64,000 bases of DNA from Candidatus Latescibacterota bacterium (GTDB lineage Bacteria > Latescibacterota > UBA2968 > UBA8231), in contig CBDETK010000013.1 in NCBI GenBank assembly GCA_965242865.1, positions 5,184,001 through 5,248,000 on the forward strand, given 5' to 3'. Both the position numbers and the translations under genes were made by a program. The notes under the pieces are model-generated. The model was not told the origin of the DNA, did no database searches, and saw nothing but the letters and a program-made list of their open reading frames with translations. Below, one piece after another: positions 48,691 through 58,587 of the stretch (the first letter of the stretch is position 1; each line of letters opens with the position of its first letter).

Positions 48691-49380
48691 GGTGTTGGTA
48701 TTTTGCTGTAGTCATAAAGATGCCGTTAAGAACGGCCGGCGGCAAGGTAAGCAACGGTATCGGTGCCGAGGCTGTGGCTGTACGTATACGCAAAGTTGGT
48801 CGGGTAAAGTGCATCCGCGGATCAAGCCGATGGCGATTCTGCTGTATCTGAACGGGTTGGGCTTCCGTCGGATTGGTCAGGTGCTGGGCGTCAGCCATGT
48901 GAGTGTGCAACGCTGGTGGCGCCAGCAGGCCGAAGGGGTCCACCCGACCCGGCCGGCGGCCAGGAGCCCATTCGAGATCGTGGAATTGGACGAATTGTGG
49001 CACTGGCATGGAAAAAAAACGTCCCATCTGGCTTTGGCTTGCTGTGGATCGAGCCCGTGGACGAATCCTCGCTTGGCCGTTGGGTTCTCGTGGGCAAAAA
49101 ACCTTGAGACGCCTGATGACACAACTCGCTCCCTTTCGCATTGGGCACTTTGCCACCGACTCGTGGAAAGCCTACCGGATCCTTGCTGACCAGCACCACA
49201 TCCAGAGTAAAAAGGCAACCTACACCGTAGAGGGAGTGAATTGTCGATTCAGACACTTTTTTGCTCGGTTCCGGCGAAAAACCTTGTGCTATACCAAGAG
49301 TCTGGAGGTGCTCTATCGCAGCATCCCACTCTATGTCGACTACCTCAATACAAGAATGACAACCTAAAAATACCAACGCC
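48691..49380 (+). mobile_element. IS1-family element (InsA/InsB), probably defective
   Basis: IRs GG(T/C)GTTGGTATTTT at both ends; 8-bp TSD TTCTTTTC (48683-48690 / 49381-49388); KNG..QRYRC..C, ELDELW, TDSWKAY, VEGVN.RFRH..RFRRKT.CYTKS. Confidence 0.92.
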
Positions 49381-49639
49381 TTCTTTTCTACTCGACTGTA
49401 ACCAAATTGGCACAAGCCCTTGATGAGCCGTTGGGCCGCCTTATATTAAGTGAGTGGCGGTGATTAGGGCCTTCTGTACAACTCCCCTGAGTACAGTTTT
49501 GGCGGCTCCCTTCTGTTGAGGGAGCGGGCCATTGGCTCGCTTAGTTTGTTGCTCATTAAATAGCACGGAGCCGCGCTTGGGCGCGGTGCCGATTCGCTAG
49601 TTGAGCCTTTTTATAGGCTTTGACGAGACAAGTATAGGT

Positions 49640-50416
49640 ATGGGCAAAATCATCGCTATCGCCAATCAAAAAGGCGGAGTTGGCAAGACCACTACGGCCG
49701 TCAATCTCGCCGCCTGTCTGGCCCTTTCCGGGTGCCGCACCTTACTCATCGACTTAGACCCACAGGCCAATGCCACTAGCGGCTGCAACGCCGAGCTCGG
49801 CAGCAACCACGCCTCTACCTACGAGGTTTTGCTCGGCCAGTTCAGCACGGCCTCGGCAATTTTTTCCACCGATATAAAGGGCCTTTTCATAGTGCCCGGG
49901 CACATCCGGCTCGCCGGAGCCGAAGTGGAGATGGTCGCCAGCGTCGGGCGCGACAAGCGGCTGGCCCAAGCCCTGCGCCCGGTAAAGGAACAGTACGAAT
50001 TTATACTCATCGATTGCCCGCCATCTTTGGGCTTTCTCACGATCAACGCGCTAAGTGCGGCCGACTCCGTTCTCATTCCGGTGCAGTGCGAGTATTATGC
50101 CTTAGAAGGCGTGAGCAATCTCAGTAATTCCATCCGCGTCGTGCGGCACTATCTCAACCCCGACCTCGAAATCGAGGGCGTTTTACTCACTCTGTACGAC
50201 GATCGCCTGCAGCTTTGCCGCCGCGTGGCCCAAGAAGTGCGCAACCACTTTGGCGATAAGGTTTATCAGACGGTCATCAACCGCAACATCAGCTTGGCCG
50301 AGGCCCCGGGGTTTAACCAGCCCATCGCACTCTACGACGCAGCATCGAGAGGCTCCAACAACTACAACAGCTTGGTGGCCGAGTTCTGCGCCGATAGGTC
50401 CCCTATCTTAGTCTAA
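49640..50416 (+). CDS. parA: ParA/Soj family ATPase
   Basis: NQKGGVGKTTT, DLDPQANAT, DCPPSLG, PVQCEYYALEG; no adjacent parB. Confidence 0.9.
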   Translation: MGKIIAIANQKGGVGKTTTAVNLAACLALSGCRTLLIDLDPQANATSGCNAELGSNHASTYEVLLGQFSTASAIFSTDIKGLFIVPGHIRLAGAEVEMVASVGRDKRLAQALRPVKEQYEFILIDCPPSLGFLTINALSAADSVLIPVQCEYYALEGVSNLSNSIRVVRHYLNPDLEIEGVLLTLYDDRLQLCRRVAQEVRNHFGDKVYQTVINRNISLAEAPGFNQPIALYDAASRGSNNYNSLVAEFCADRSPILV

Positions 50417-50446
50417 TTCCCGGTCTGCATTCGTTGTTCTTAATTC

Positions 50447-50474
50447 TTGACAATCGTCTTTGTTCGCCTATTAT
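50447..50474 (+). promoter_or_regulatory. Sigma70-type promoter
   Basis: TTGACA, 16 bp, TATTAT in an AT-rich tract upstream of the enhancer-binding protein gene. Confidence 0.55.
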
Positions 50475-50525
50475 ATTCACTTATGTATTAAATATCCAAA
50501 TGAGAAAAAGAAAGGGAGGTTATCT

Positions 50526-51554
50526 GTGTATTCTGGTACGTCTGCCAACTCGGACGCAGCTACTCGAATGGGTGCGTCCTCCCCCTGCTGTACTAACCAT
50601 GCCGAATTTATTACCCAAAACGCCCAAGTCCGCCGCCTGTTGGCCCAAGCGGACCGGGTCGCCAAGTCTCCAGCGACCGTGCTCCTCACCGGCGAAAGCG
50701 GCACCGGCAAAGAAGTGTTGGCGCGGCGCTTGCACCGGCGCAGCCCAAGGCGCCGGGCCTCGTTTGTGCGGCTCAACTGTGCCTCGCTGCCCGAAGGCGT
50801 ATTGGAGAGCGAGCTGTTCGGGCATGAGAAAGGAGCCTTTACCGGTGCGGTCCGCCAACGCTTAGGCCGCTTTGAGCTAGCCGATCGCGGCACCTTGTTT
50901 CTCGACGAGATTGGCGCGGCCGATATGCGCGTGCAACTGCGCCTGTTGCGCGTTTTGCAAGAGCGCGAATTTGAGCGAGTCGGGGGTACGGAGACCTTGC
51001 GAGTGGATGTGCGGGTTATCGCCGCGACCAACGTCAACTTATGGGAGGAGACCCGCAAGGGAACCTTCCGCGAAGACCTCTTTTACCGGATCAACGTCGT
51101 GCCGCTAAAGCTGCCGCCGTTGCGCCAGCGCAAGGGCGACATTCCCCTGTTGATCGAATACTTTATCCGCCGCTTGGCCGCGCAAAACAGGTGCAAAATT
51201 CACGGCCTCGAGGCCGCGGCCCTAAACCACCTCTTGGCCTACCCATGGCCGGGCAATGTGCGGCAATTGGAAAACGCGCTCGAGCGCATGGTCCTCCTCG
51301 CCGGCGACAGCTTGTTGCGAGAGGAGGATGTGCCCGAAGAAATCGTCCACTGGAAGGATGAAGACGAGCCCGAACCGGGCCAGCGCGGTTTTAGAGAAGC
51401 GCGGAACTCGTTTGAGCGGCACTTTCTCTGCGATGCCCTGCACCGGCACCGCGGGGTGATTTCGCAAGTGGCCGAAGATGTGGGGCTGTCTCGCAAAAGC
51501 CTGTACGCAAAGCTAGAACACCTCGAGATCGACTACCAACACTACCGCACCTAG
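50526..51554 (+). CDS. Sigma54 enhancer-binding protein (AAA+ and Fis-HTH) without an N-terminal sensor domain
   Basis: [41 protein letters not shown]; GTG start after GGGAGG. Confidence 0.92.
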   Translation: MYSGTSANSDAATRMGASSPCCTNHAEFITQNAQVRRLLAQADRVAKSPATVLLTGESGTGKEVLARRLHRRSPRRRASFVRLNCASLPEGVLESELFGHEKGAFTGAVRQRLGRFELADRGTLFLDEIGAADMRVQLRLLRVLQEREFERVGGTETLRVDVRVIAATNVNLWEETRKGTFREDLFYRINVVPLKLPPLRQRKGDIPLLIEYFIRRLAAQNRCKIHGLEAAALNHLLAYPWPGNVRQLENALERMVLLAGDSLLREEDVPEEIVHWKDEDEPEPGQRGFREARNSFERHFLCDALHRHRGVISQVAEDVGLSRKSLYAKLEHLEIDYQHYRT

Positions 51555-51561
51555 CTCACAC

Positions 51562-52620
51562 TCACAGGCGCACGGCGAGCGCGCGGCGGAATTTTGCCAT
51601 CTGGCCTTCGAGATAGGCTCGGTGCTCGCCATCGGCTGGCTCCAGTGCGAGGGCTTGGCGCATAATGGCCACCGCGTGGGCATGCCGCCCCAACAGGTGC
51701 AGCAATTCCGCATAGGTGTCCAAATACACTGGGCTTTCCGCATCGAGCTTGACCGCGCGCAGCGACAGACTTAGGGCATAGCTAAGACGCCGGCCCTCCT
51801 CCGCATAGGTCCAAGCCAAATTGTTGAGGATCAGCGGGTCGTCTGGCGCCCCGGCCAAGGCGCGCTCGTAGTATTCAATGGCGCGGTCGGGCTGGGCGCG
51901 GTCGTAATAGATGCGAGCGATGTCAACGGCACTGACGACGCCGGCTTTCAGCGCGTGGTCAAAAGTACCGGCGGCCCGTGCTGCCAGCCCCAAGCGGAGT
52001 TGGCAATCCCCCAAGGTGAGGGCGAGTTGCGGGTCATCGGGGCGGAGGCGCGCAGCCTCGCTGAGCGCGGCCTCGGCCTCGGCCAGTCGCCCTTCGGCGA
52101 TCAAGAGGCGGCCGAGTTCAAGGCGGGCGAAGAGGTGGTGCTCGTCGAGTTGAATGGCGTGGCGCAGGGCTTCTATGGCCGCGTCGAGTCGGTCCTGACG
52201 GGCATGGAGCCAGCCCTCGGTGGCCCACAGCGACGCGCTCGGGCCGTAGTCTGTGCGCAGGCGGGCGAGCAATGCTTCGGTTTGGGCAAAGCGCTCTGCT
52301 CGTTGACAGATGTCGCGCAAGGCGCTGTACAGCTCGTCGTTGTCCGGCGCCAAGGCAATGGCTTGGCCGACCAGCTCCAGCGCGGCATCCCCCTCCCCCA
52401 ATCCCAACCGGGCGAGCGCGGCGATGAGGAGCAAGCGGTCGTCCGCTCCGTCTTGGCGGATGGCTCGACGCGCTTCAACCCAAGCTTGGCCGTAGAGGCC
52501 GTTGAGCAAATAGGCCCGGGCTAGCTGGGCGTGCTCGGCTCGGTAGGCACCGCATTGCGGGTTGCTGATGACAAACGCGCCGAGCAGGGCCCAGCAAACG
52601 GCCGGTCTAGCGACGCGCAT
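51562..52620 (-). CDS. Tetratricopeptide repeat protein
   Basis: Multiple TPRs; ILNNLAW..A..YLDT. Confidence 0.85.
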   Translation of the reverse strand: MRVARPAVCWALLGAFVISNPQCGAYRAEHAQLARAYLLNGLYGQAWVEARRAIRQDGADDRLLLIAALARLGLGEGDAALELVGQAIALAPDNDELYSALRDICQRAERFAQTEALLARLRTDYGPSASLWATEGWLHARQDRLDAAIEALRHAIQLDEHHLFARLELGRLLIAEGRLAEAEAALSEAARLRPDDPQLALTLGDCQLRLGLAARAAGTFDHALKAGVVSAVDIARIYYDRAQPDRAIEYYERALAGAPDDPLILNNLAWTYAEEGRRLSYALSLSLRAVKLDAESPVYLDTYAELLHLLGRHAHAVAIMRQALALEPADGEHRAYLEGQMAKFRRALAVRL

Positions 52621-53859
52621 TCAGAACTCGTGGCGGTACGTGTCAATGTGGAGCAGGAGGCCGATGGCGATGAGGTTGGACAGCAACGAGGAGCCGCCCG
52701 CGCTGAGAAAGGGCAGCGGCAGGCCGGTGATGGGCATGACGCCGATGGTCATGCCGATATTGATAAACACGTGGAAGGTCAGCATCGCGGCCAAGCCAAC
52801 GGCCGTCAGGCTGTAAAAGGCATTGTTGGCCACGGAGGCGATGTGCAGCGCCCGATAGATGAGAAAAAAGAACAGGCCCAGCACGATCAGGCCCATGGCA
52901 AACCCCCCTTCCTCCCCGATGACCGAGAAGATGAAGTCCGTATGGGCCACCGGCAGAAACTCGTGTTTGGTCTGCGTACCTTCTAGAAAGCCCTTGCCCG
53001 TCAGTCCGCCGGAGCCAATCGCGATCTTGGATTGGATGATGTTCCACCCAGAGCCGAGCGGGTCGCTCTCTGGATTGAAGAAGGTCATAATGCGGGCCTT
53101 CTGGTATGGGTGCAGGAAGTGCTCCAAAAAGTACACCGTGAGCAAACCGGCCGCGGTATTGATGAAAGCCATGGCTATCGTCAGCCAGAGCCGGCGCAGA
53201 AAATGGTGGATCAAGAAGGTACTGCCGATGGCGAACGCGGCGAAGATGTACGGAGTGCCGGCTTGCCACAGGGGCTCTAAAGAGCAGAGGACGCTGATCA
53301 GCGGAGAGATGACGAGGAAAATGAAGAACTTGCGCATGCCCGCCCAATAGAGCATGGGAAAAAACGGCGCACCAAAAGAAATGGCGGTCCCCAAGTCGGG
53401 CTGACGCACGATCAAGGCGATCGGAACCAAGATGAGAAATAAGGCCCCGAGAAAGCCGCCAAAGGTGTTGATGCGCTCGGCGTTGCGGTCACTCAAGTAG
53501 CGCGCCAGCGCGATGATGGTCGCGATCTTGACCAGTTCCGAAGGCTGTACCATCAGCGGCCCCAAGCGCAACCAGCGGGTGGCGTCGCCCGTGCCCCAAG
53601 CCAACACCGCGACTAGGCTCACAATGCTGGGCAAGTACAGCAGGTACGCAGCGCTGTAAATGACCTTTTCCGGGATATAGACGACAGCTAAGGCCACGCC
53701 CAAGGCCAAGATCGCGAATTGGACCTGCTTACTCCACGCGTTCTGCACGGCCGGGGAGTCGTTGTGATAGGTCGCGCTGTAGATTGCGACGATACCGAGC
53801 AGTACGGTGGCCAACGTCGCAATGAGGAGCGGGAAATCGAGCTGGCGGAGCAGGCGCAT
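52621..53859 (-). CDS. rodA: Rod shape-determining protein RodA
   Basis: QPSELVK, QPDLGTA, QSKIAIGSGG, HTDFIF, LPFLSAGGSS. Confidence 0.96.
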   Translation of the reverse strand: MRLLRQLDFPLLIATLATVLLGIVAIYSATYHNDSPAVQNAWSKQVQFAILALGVALAVVYIPEKVIYSAAYLLYLPSIVSLVAVLAWGTGDATRWLRLGPLMVQPSELVKIATIIALARYLSDRNAERINTFGGFLGALFLILVPIALIVRQPDLGTAISFGAPFFPMLYWAGMRKFFIFLVISPLISVLCSLEPLWQAGTPYIFAAFAIGSTFLIHHFLRRLWLTIAMAFINTAAGLLTVYFLEHFLHPYQKARIMTFFNPESDPLGSGWNIIQSKIAIGSGGLTGKGFLEGTQTKHEFLPVAHTDFIFSVIGEEGGFAMGLIVLGLFFFLIYRALHIASVANNAFYSLTAVGLAAMLTFHVFINIGMTIGVMPITGLPLPFLSAGGSSLLSNLIAIGLLLHIDTYRHEF

Positions 53860-53862
53860 GCG

Positions 53863-55641
53863 CTAAAGCACTCCGTTATCGGCTAAGAGCGTATCGGCTT
53901 GGGTGGCTTCTAAATCGAGGATGCCCTCTTGGATGCAGAACGCTTTGACGACTTCGCGCACGACCGGGCCGACGCGCTCCCCACCGCTGCCGCCCCCTTC
54001 GACCACGGCCGCGATGGCAATGGCGGGATTTTCGTACGGCGCAAAGGCCACCATCCACGCGTCGTCCTCTCGATTGGGCCGATTGGGCACTTGAGCGGTC
54101 CCGGTCTTGGCCGCGATGGCGACGCCGTCGACCCGCGCTCGGCGGCCCGTCCCGGTTTCGCTGGCTACTACCCGGCGCATGGCCTTGCGCACGATGGCGA
54201 AGGTCCGCGGCGAAATGCCCTCAATGCGCTCGCTGGGGGGCGGGGCACCGCTGATGTACGGCGTGACCAAGTAGCCACCGTTGGCAATGGCGGCCACATA
54301 GCGGGCCATCTGGATCGGCGTGGCGAGCATGGCGCCTTGGCCAATGGAGAGGTTGAGCAGGTGCCCCAAGGACCAGCCATCGTTCTCTTGGTAATACTGG
54401 CGCGAGGGCAGGAGGCCGGCGGCTTCGCCGGGATGGACGATCCCGGTCGGCTGGCCAAAGCCGAATTTGGCCGCGTACTGGTGCCACGATTCAATGCTTA
54501 TCAGCCGGGCCAAATGGTAGAAGTACACGTTGCAGGAGGTCTCGATTGCCGCGGGGAGGGTCAGGCCGCCGTGGCCGGTCCGCTTGTGGCAGCGGAACTT
54601 GCTCCGCCCCACAGTCAGCGACCCATAGCAGGGTTCAAACAAGCTCAAGGTATCGGTGACCCCGGTTTCGAGCGCGGCGATGGCACTGACCATCTTGAGC
54701 GTCGAGCCCGGTGGATACCGCCCCTGCAAGGCGCGGTTGAGGAGCACGTCTTTGCTCTGTAGCACCCGCGACCGCTCCTTTTGGGCTTGGAACGACACGA
54801 AAATGTTGGGGTCAAAGGTCGGCTTGTTGGCTAGGGCCAGCACGGCCCCGGTGCGCGGATCGAGCGCGACGAGCGCCCCGGGCAAGGTGTCGGGTAAGGC
54901 GCGTTCAGCCGCCTGTTGGACCTCCAAGTCAACAGTCAGGTGCAGGGGCGTCCCGGGCACGGGGAGTTGGTCGCGCTCTGGAAACTTCCGGCCGGTGCGA
55001 CCGGCCGCATCGATCTCGACGAACAACATGCCGTCGCGGCCGCGCAGGCTGTTCTCGTACACCTTTTCGATGCCGGTCTTGCCAATAAAGTCGCCGAGCA
55101 CGTACGCATTGTCGTTGTCGCCCTGTAGATCTTGGTCGCGGATGATGCCGATGTAACCGAGCAAGTGGGCGGCCGCCGTGCCGTAGGGATAGTAGCGCTG
55201 AGTCTCGATTTCAATGTCGAGCAGCGGCCAGTCGGCCTTGAGCCGCTCCTCTACGATCGATACCGTGCGAAAATCGACATCGCGCTTGAGGCGGATGGTG
55301 TGGTATTTGCGGCTGTACTCGCCGTCTAGGGCGGGGTCGCCGATGGCCGCGGTAAACGCGGCCGTGGCCGCGTCGAACTCCTTGGACGTGGTGCGCTCCA
55401 AGGAGACGGTGTAAAATGGCCGGGTGCGAGCCAAGATGCGGCCATCGCGGTCGTAGATCAGCCCGCGCGGGGCCTTGACGCGCCGCTGTGCAATGCGGTT
55501 TTCCTCGGACTCGCGGGCGTAGTCGGCCGAGGTGACAACTTGCAAATAAAACAGCCGCAAGACCAAAACCGCGAACAGCAAGACGACGGGCGCGAGCAGA
55601 GCGTTGAGGGGCCGGTGCTGATCTTGTTCGGGGTGCTGCAT
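53863..55641 (-). CDS. mrdA: Penicillin-binding protein 2
   Basis: APRGLIYDR, YPPGSTLK (SxxK), SCN, KTGTAQ. Confidence 0.95.
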   Translation of the reverse strand: MQHPEQDQHRPLNALLAPVVLLFAVLVLRLFYLQVVTSADYARESEENRIAQRRVKAPRGLIYDRDGRILARTRPFYTVSLERTTSKEFDAATAAFTAAIGDPALDGEYSRKYHTIRLKRDVDFRTVSIVEERLKADWPLLDIEIETQRYYPYGTAAAHLLGYIGIIRDQDLQGDNDNAYVLGDFIGKTGIEKVYENSLRGRDGMLFVEIDAAGRTGRKFPERDQLPVPGTPLHLTVDLEVQQAAERALPDTLPGALVALDPRTGAVLALANKPTFDPNIFVSFQAQKERSRVLQSKDVLLNRALQGRYPPGSTLKMVSAIAALETGVTDTLSLFEPCYGSLTVGRSKFRCHKRTGHGGLTLPAAIETSCNVYFYHLARLISIESWHQYAAKFGFGQPTGIVHPGEAAGLLPSRQYYQENDGWSLGHLLNLSIGQGAMLATPIQMARYVAAIANGGYLVTPYISGAPPPSERIEGISPRTFAIVRKAMRRVVASETGTGRRARVDGVAIAAKTGTAQVPNRPNREDDAWMVAFAPYENPAIAIAAVVEGGGSGGERVGPVVREVVKAFCIQEGILDLEATQADTLLADNGVL

Positions 55642-55643
55642 AA

Positions 55644-56111
55644 TCAAGCGGGGAAGAGCTGGCGTTTGAGGGTTAGACCGGCGAAGAAAACCGCGTTGAC
55701 CAAGCCGGTGTACGCGGCGCGGCCCAAGATGCTGCTCACCTCAAAGGGCTGATCGGCCCCGGCCCCCACGTAGTAGATGAGGTCGTGGCAGATGACGGCT
55801 CCAAAAACCAGCGCGGTCTGGACTTGAATGCTGTCGGCTACCATGCGGGCGTGGCTGAAACCCAAGCCCGCGCCGATGAGCGACTTGGCGAGCGCGTTGA
55901 CCCCGAGAGCGGCGGGCAAGTATATATCTTGCAGGATGCCGACGCCCAGCCCCATATAGGCCCCGACCACCGGCCCGCTGCGTAGCGCGATGAAGCTCAA
56001 TGCCACGAGCAATAGATCGGGTTTGATCGACCATACCTCTAGTGAATCGACCCAAGTGGTTTGCAGGATAAAGGCCAAGGCCAGCCAGAGGATATGGCGG
56101 AACGCACGCAT
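55644..56111 (-). CDS. mreD: Rod shape-determining protein MreD
   Basis: Hydrophobic; IKPDLLL, GILQD, GVNAL; directly upstream of mrdA. Confidence 0.85.
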   Translation of the reverse strand: MRAFRHILWLALAFILQTTWVDSLEVWSIKPDLLLVALSFIALRSGPVVGAYMGLGVGILQDIYLPAALGVNALAKSLIGAGLGFSHARMVADSIQVQTALVFGAVICHDLIYYVGAGADQPFEVSSILGRAAYTGLVNAVFFAGLTLKRQLFPA

Positions 56112-56112
56112 G

Positions 56113-57834
56113 TCACCGCGGGATTTGCAAGGCCGTGCCGGCTCGCAGCGTCGCCGAGAGACTGATGTTGTTTTGGCGGGCAATGTCGCGGGCGGCGAGG
56201 CCGAATTTGCGGGCGATGCCGTGCAGCGTATCGCCCCAGACCACGGTGTACACCCGCGCTCGCTCACTGGCCACCGTGAGCTGCTGACCGGGTTTAATCA
56301 GTGCCTTTTCGAGGCTGTTCCACGCCTGCAAGTCCGGGACGCTCACCGCAAACCGCCGGGCCAACTCCCACAGGGTATCGCCCGGCTGCACCGTGTAGGT
56401 CCCCTTGCCCCTTGCGGCCCTGGTGGCCTTGGCCGTGACCGGGATATAGAGAACTTGTCGCGGCCGGATGAAGTTGGGGTTTCTCAGGCTATTGGCCGCG
56501 GCAATGACGCGCGTGGGGACGCCAAAGGCTTGGGCGATATCCGAGATCGTATCGCCGCGTTGCACCCGGTACTGATGGACCGCGGCCTGCTGCGGGATCG
56601 GTAGGCTGGCGTACTGGTCGAGCAAGCGCGGCCCTTGGCCCGGCGGCACCTTCAAAACATAAGGCGGACCAGCCCCGGGCGGCGTGATGTCTTGGCGCAA
56701 CTCGGGATTGAGGTCGTGCAATGCGCGGCGCTTGATGCCCAAGAGTTTCGCGGCCGCTTTCAGATCGATGTATGGCCAGTCTTCGGGCAGGACGACTTCC
56801 TCGTACGCAAAGGCTGGCTCTTCGGCTTGGGGCTCAAAGCCAAACAGTGGTGGATCCTTGGCGATGACGGTCGCGGCCATGAAGAGCGGCACGTAGTTTT
56901 TCGTTTCGCGGGGCAGGTTGAGTTGCCAGTAGTCGTTGGTGCCGTCGCGGGCGATGGTGCGGCGGACTCGCCCCGGGCCGGCGTTGTACGCAGCCAGTGC
57001 CAAGCGCCAGTCGCCGAACTCGGCGAACAGGTCTTTTAGGTAGCGGGCCGCGGCCACGGTTGCCTTGACCGGGTCGCGCCGCTCGTCGATCCAATGGGTG
57101 CGCTTAAGGCCCATCATGCGGCCGGTATGCGCCATAAACTGCCACAAGCCCACGGCCTGCGACCGCGAATAGGCCCTGGGATTGAGGCCGCTCTCGATGA
57201 CCGCTAGGTAAAACAGGTCGCGGGGCATTCCCTCGCGCTGGAGGATATCGTCGATCAACGCGCGGTAGCGCCCGGCGCGTTGCAACCAAGTGGCAAAGGT
57301 CTTGCGACCCCGCGTCTCAAAGAAGCGGAGGCTGGCGACGACGCGGTCGTTGGCGTCGATGGGCATGTCGCAGCGGCGGGCGAGTTGGCGGATGCGGACC
57401 AAAGGCTTGGCGTCGGCCGGCAGGTGCTCCATTTTTTCCTCGGACAGCCCCTCGAGCAGCAGGTTCAAGGGGCTGTCGGCCGGCCAGTGCTCCAAGTGCG
57501 GGACCAGGTCGAGGTACGCCCGCTCAATAGCCAAGCCGAGCGCGGCGGCCTGCGCGGTATCGACGAGCGCGTCGTGTTCGTCGAGGTCGGCGAGAATGCC
57601 GAAGGCCTGGGCGAGGGCCGCTTGCGCCCGTTGGGGCTGCCCCAGCGCGTGGCTTTCGCTGGCGAGGAGCAAGTGCCAGCGCACCGTGCGGAGGTCGGCC
57701 ATATCCGGCGGCGGGTCCACAGACCGGTCCGCCGACACCCCAGGGGCCACTTGGTCAAAGCCCGACGGTCCAGCGTTTTTGCCCTGGGCACAGGCCATGA
57801 ACAGCAAGGCGATGACACAACAATACAAGCGCAT
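56113..57834 (-). CDS. mltD: Lipoprotein lytic transglycosylase with LysM repeats (MltD-like)
   Basis: Lipobox FMAC, IESG, GLWQFM, AAYNAG, ETKNYV, three C-terminal LysM (GDT). Confidence 0.9.
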   Translation of the reverse strand: MRLYCCVIALLFMACAQGKNAGPSGFDQVAPGVSADRSVDPPPDMADLRTVRWHLLLASESHALGQPQRAQAALAQAFGILADLDEHDALVDTAQAAALGLAIERAYLDLVPHLEHWPADSPLNLLLEGLSEEKMEHLPADAKPLVRIRQLARRCDMPIDANDRVVASLRFFETRGRKTFATWLQRAGRYRALIDDILQREGMPRDLFYLAVIESGLNPRAYSRSQAVGLWQFMAHTGRMMGLKRTHWIDERRDPVKATVAAARYLKDLFAEFGDWRLALAAYNAGPGRVRRTIARDGTNDYWQLNLPRETKNYVPLFMAATVIAKDPPLFGFEPQAEEPAFAYEEVVLPEDWPYIDLKAAAKLLGIKRRALHDLNPELRQDITPPGAGPPYVLKVPPGQGPRLLDQYASLPIPQQAAVHQYRVQRGDTISDIAQAFGVPTRVIAAANSLRNPNFIRPRQVLYIPVTAKATRAARGKGTYTVQPGDTLWELARRFAVSVPDLQAWNSLEKALIKPGQQLTVASERARVYTVVWGDTLHGIARKFGLAARDIARQNNISLSATLRAGTALQIPR

Positions 57835-57840
57835 GGCGGG

Positions 57841-58587
57841 TCAGTCCTCCTGCGAGACGAAAATCTGGGAGCGGACCTTGAGGGCCAAGGGGTAGTACTC
57901 CCCGATTCGCTCGGCCGCGGCTTGGGCTTGGGCCTCGGTGCGGTAGTTGCCGACTTCGATTTTGTAATAAGGTTCCTTAAAGATCACGCTGATGTCTTCG
58001 CGCTGCAGGCGCTGTTTGGCGTCGGCCACGAGGCGGCTGGCCTTGTCGTGTTCTAGGAATTGGGCGATCTGCACCTTCCAGCCAAAGGTTTTCACCGGCT
58101 CGGGCGCGGCCGGCGCGGAGGCGGCTGGGACCTCAACGACGTACGCATCGGCATAATCCGGGCCGAGCGCGGCCACCTGCTCCTTGAGCGCGGCGGCCGC
58201 GGCGCGCGTGGGGTATTGCCCTGCTTGCAGCACCGAGTGTTCGTTGCGGGCCACGAGGTGAACCTTCACCCCGAGCGCGCGTTCTAGCTCGACGCGGCGC
58301 TGGCGGGCCATCGCTTCATTGCTCAAGGCGAGCAGCTGGAGGCGATAGACCGGAGCGCGGTCTGGCACGGGGGCCGCCGGCGCGGCTGGGGGCTGGTCGC
58401 CCTCCTCGCTGTTGGGTTGGACCGGCTCGATGAGCAACGGGGCTTCGCCGAGGGTGCGCGGGTCGAACTCTTCGCCGCTCGCTGGGGCGGCATCGCCCGA
58501 CGCCGTGCGCCAGCGCGGCGCGCTCGCGCAATGGGCCGTAGCGAGCAGGGCCAGCAATAGGAGCGGATAGCTTTTATAGCTTTTCAT
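57841..58587 (-). CDS. SPOR-domain lipoprotein (two SPOR domains)
   Basis: Signal peptide ending AHC; YRLQL and GWKVQI..PYYKIEVGNY..A. Confidence 0.8.
   Translation of the reverse strand: MKSYKSYPLLLLALLATAHCASAPRWRTASGDAAPASGEEFDPRTLGEAPLLIEPVQPNSEEGDQPPAAPAAPVPDRAPVYRLQLLALSNEAMARQRRVELERALGVKVHLVARNEHSVLQAGQYPTRAAAAALKEQVAALGPDYADAYVVEVPAASAPAAPEPVKTFGWKVQIAQFLEHDKASRLVADAKQRLQREDISVIFKEPYYKIEVGNYRTEAQAQAAAERIGEYYPLALKVRSQIFVSQED

Noticed and set aside
52621-57834. mreD-mrdA-rodA without mreB/mreC
   Set aside because: Split mre operons are common; the genes are probably elsewhere in the genome
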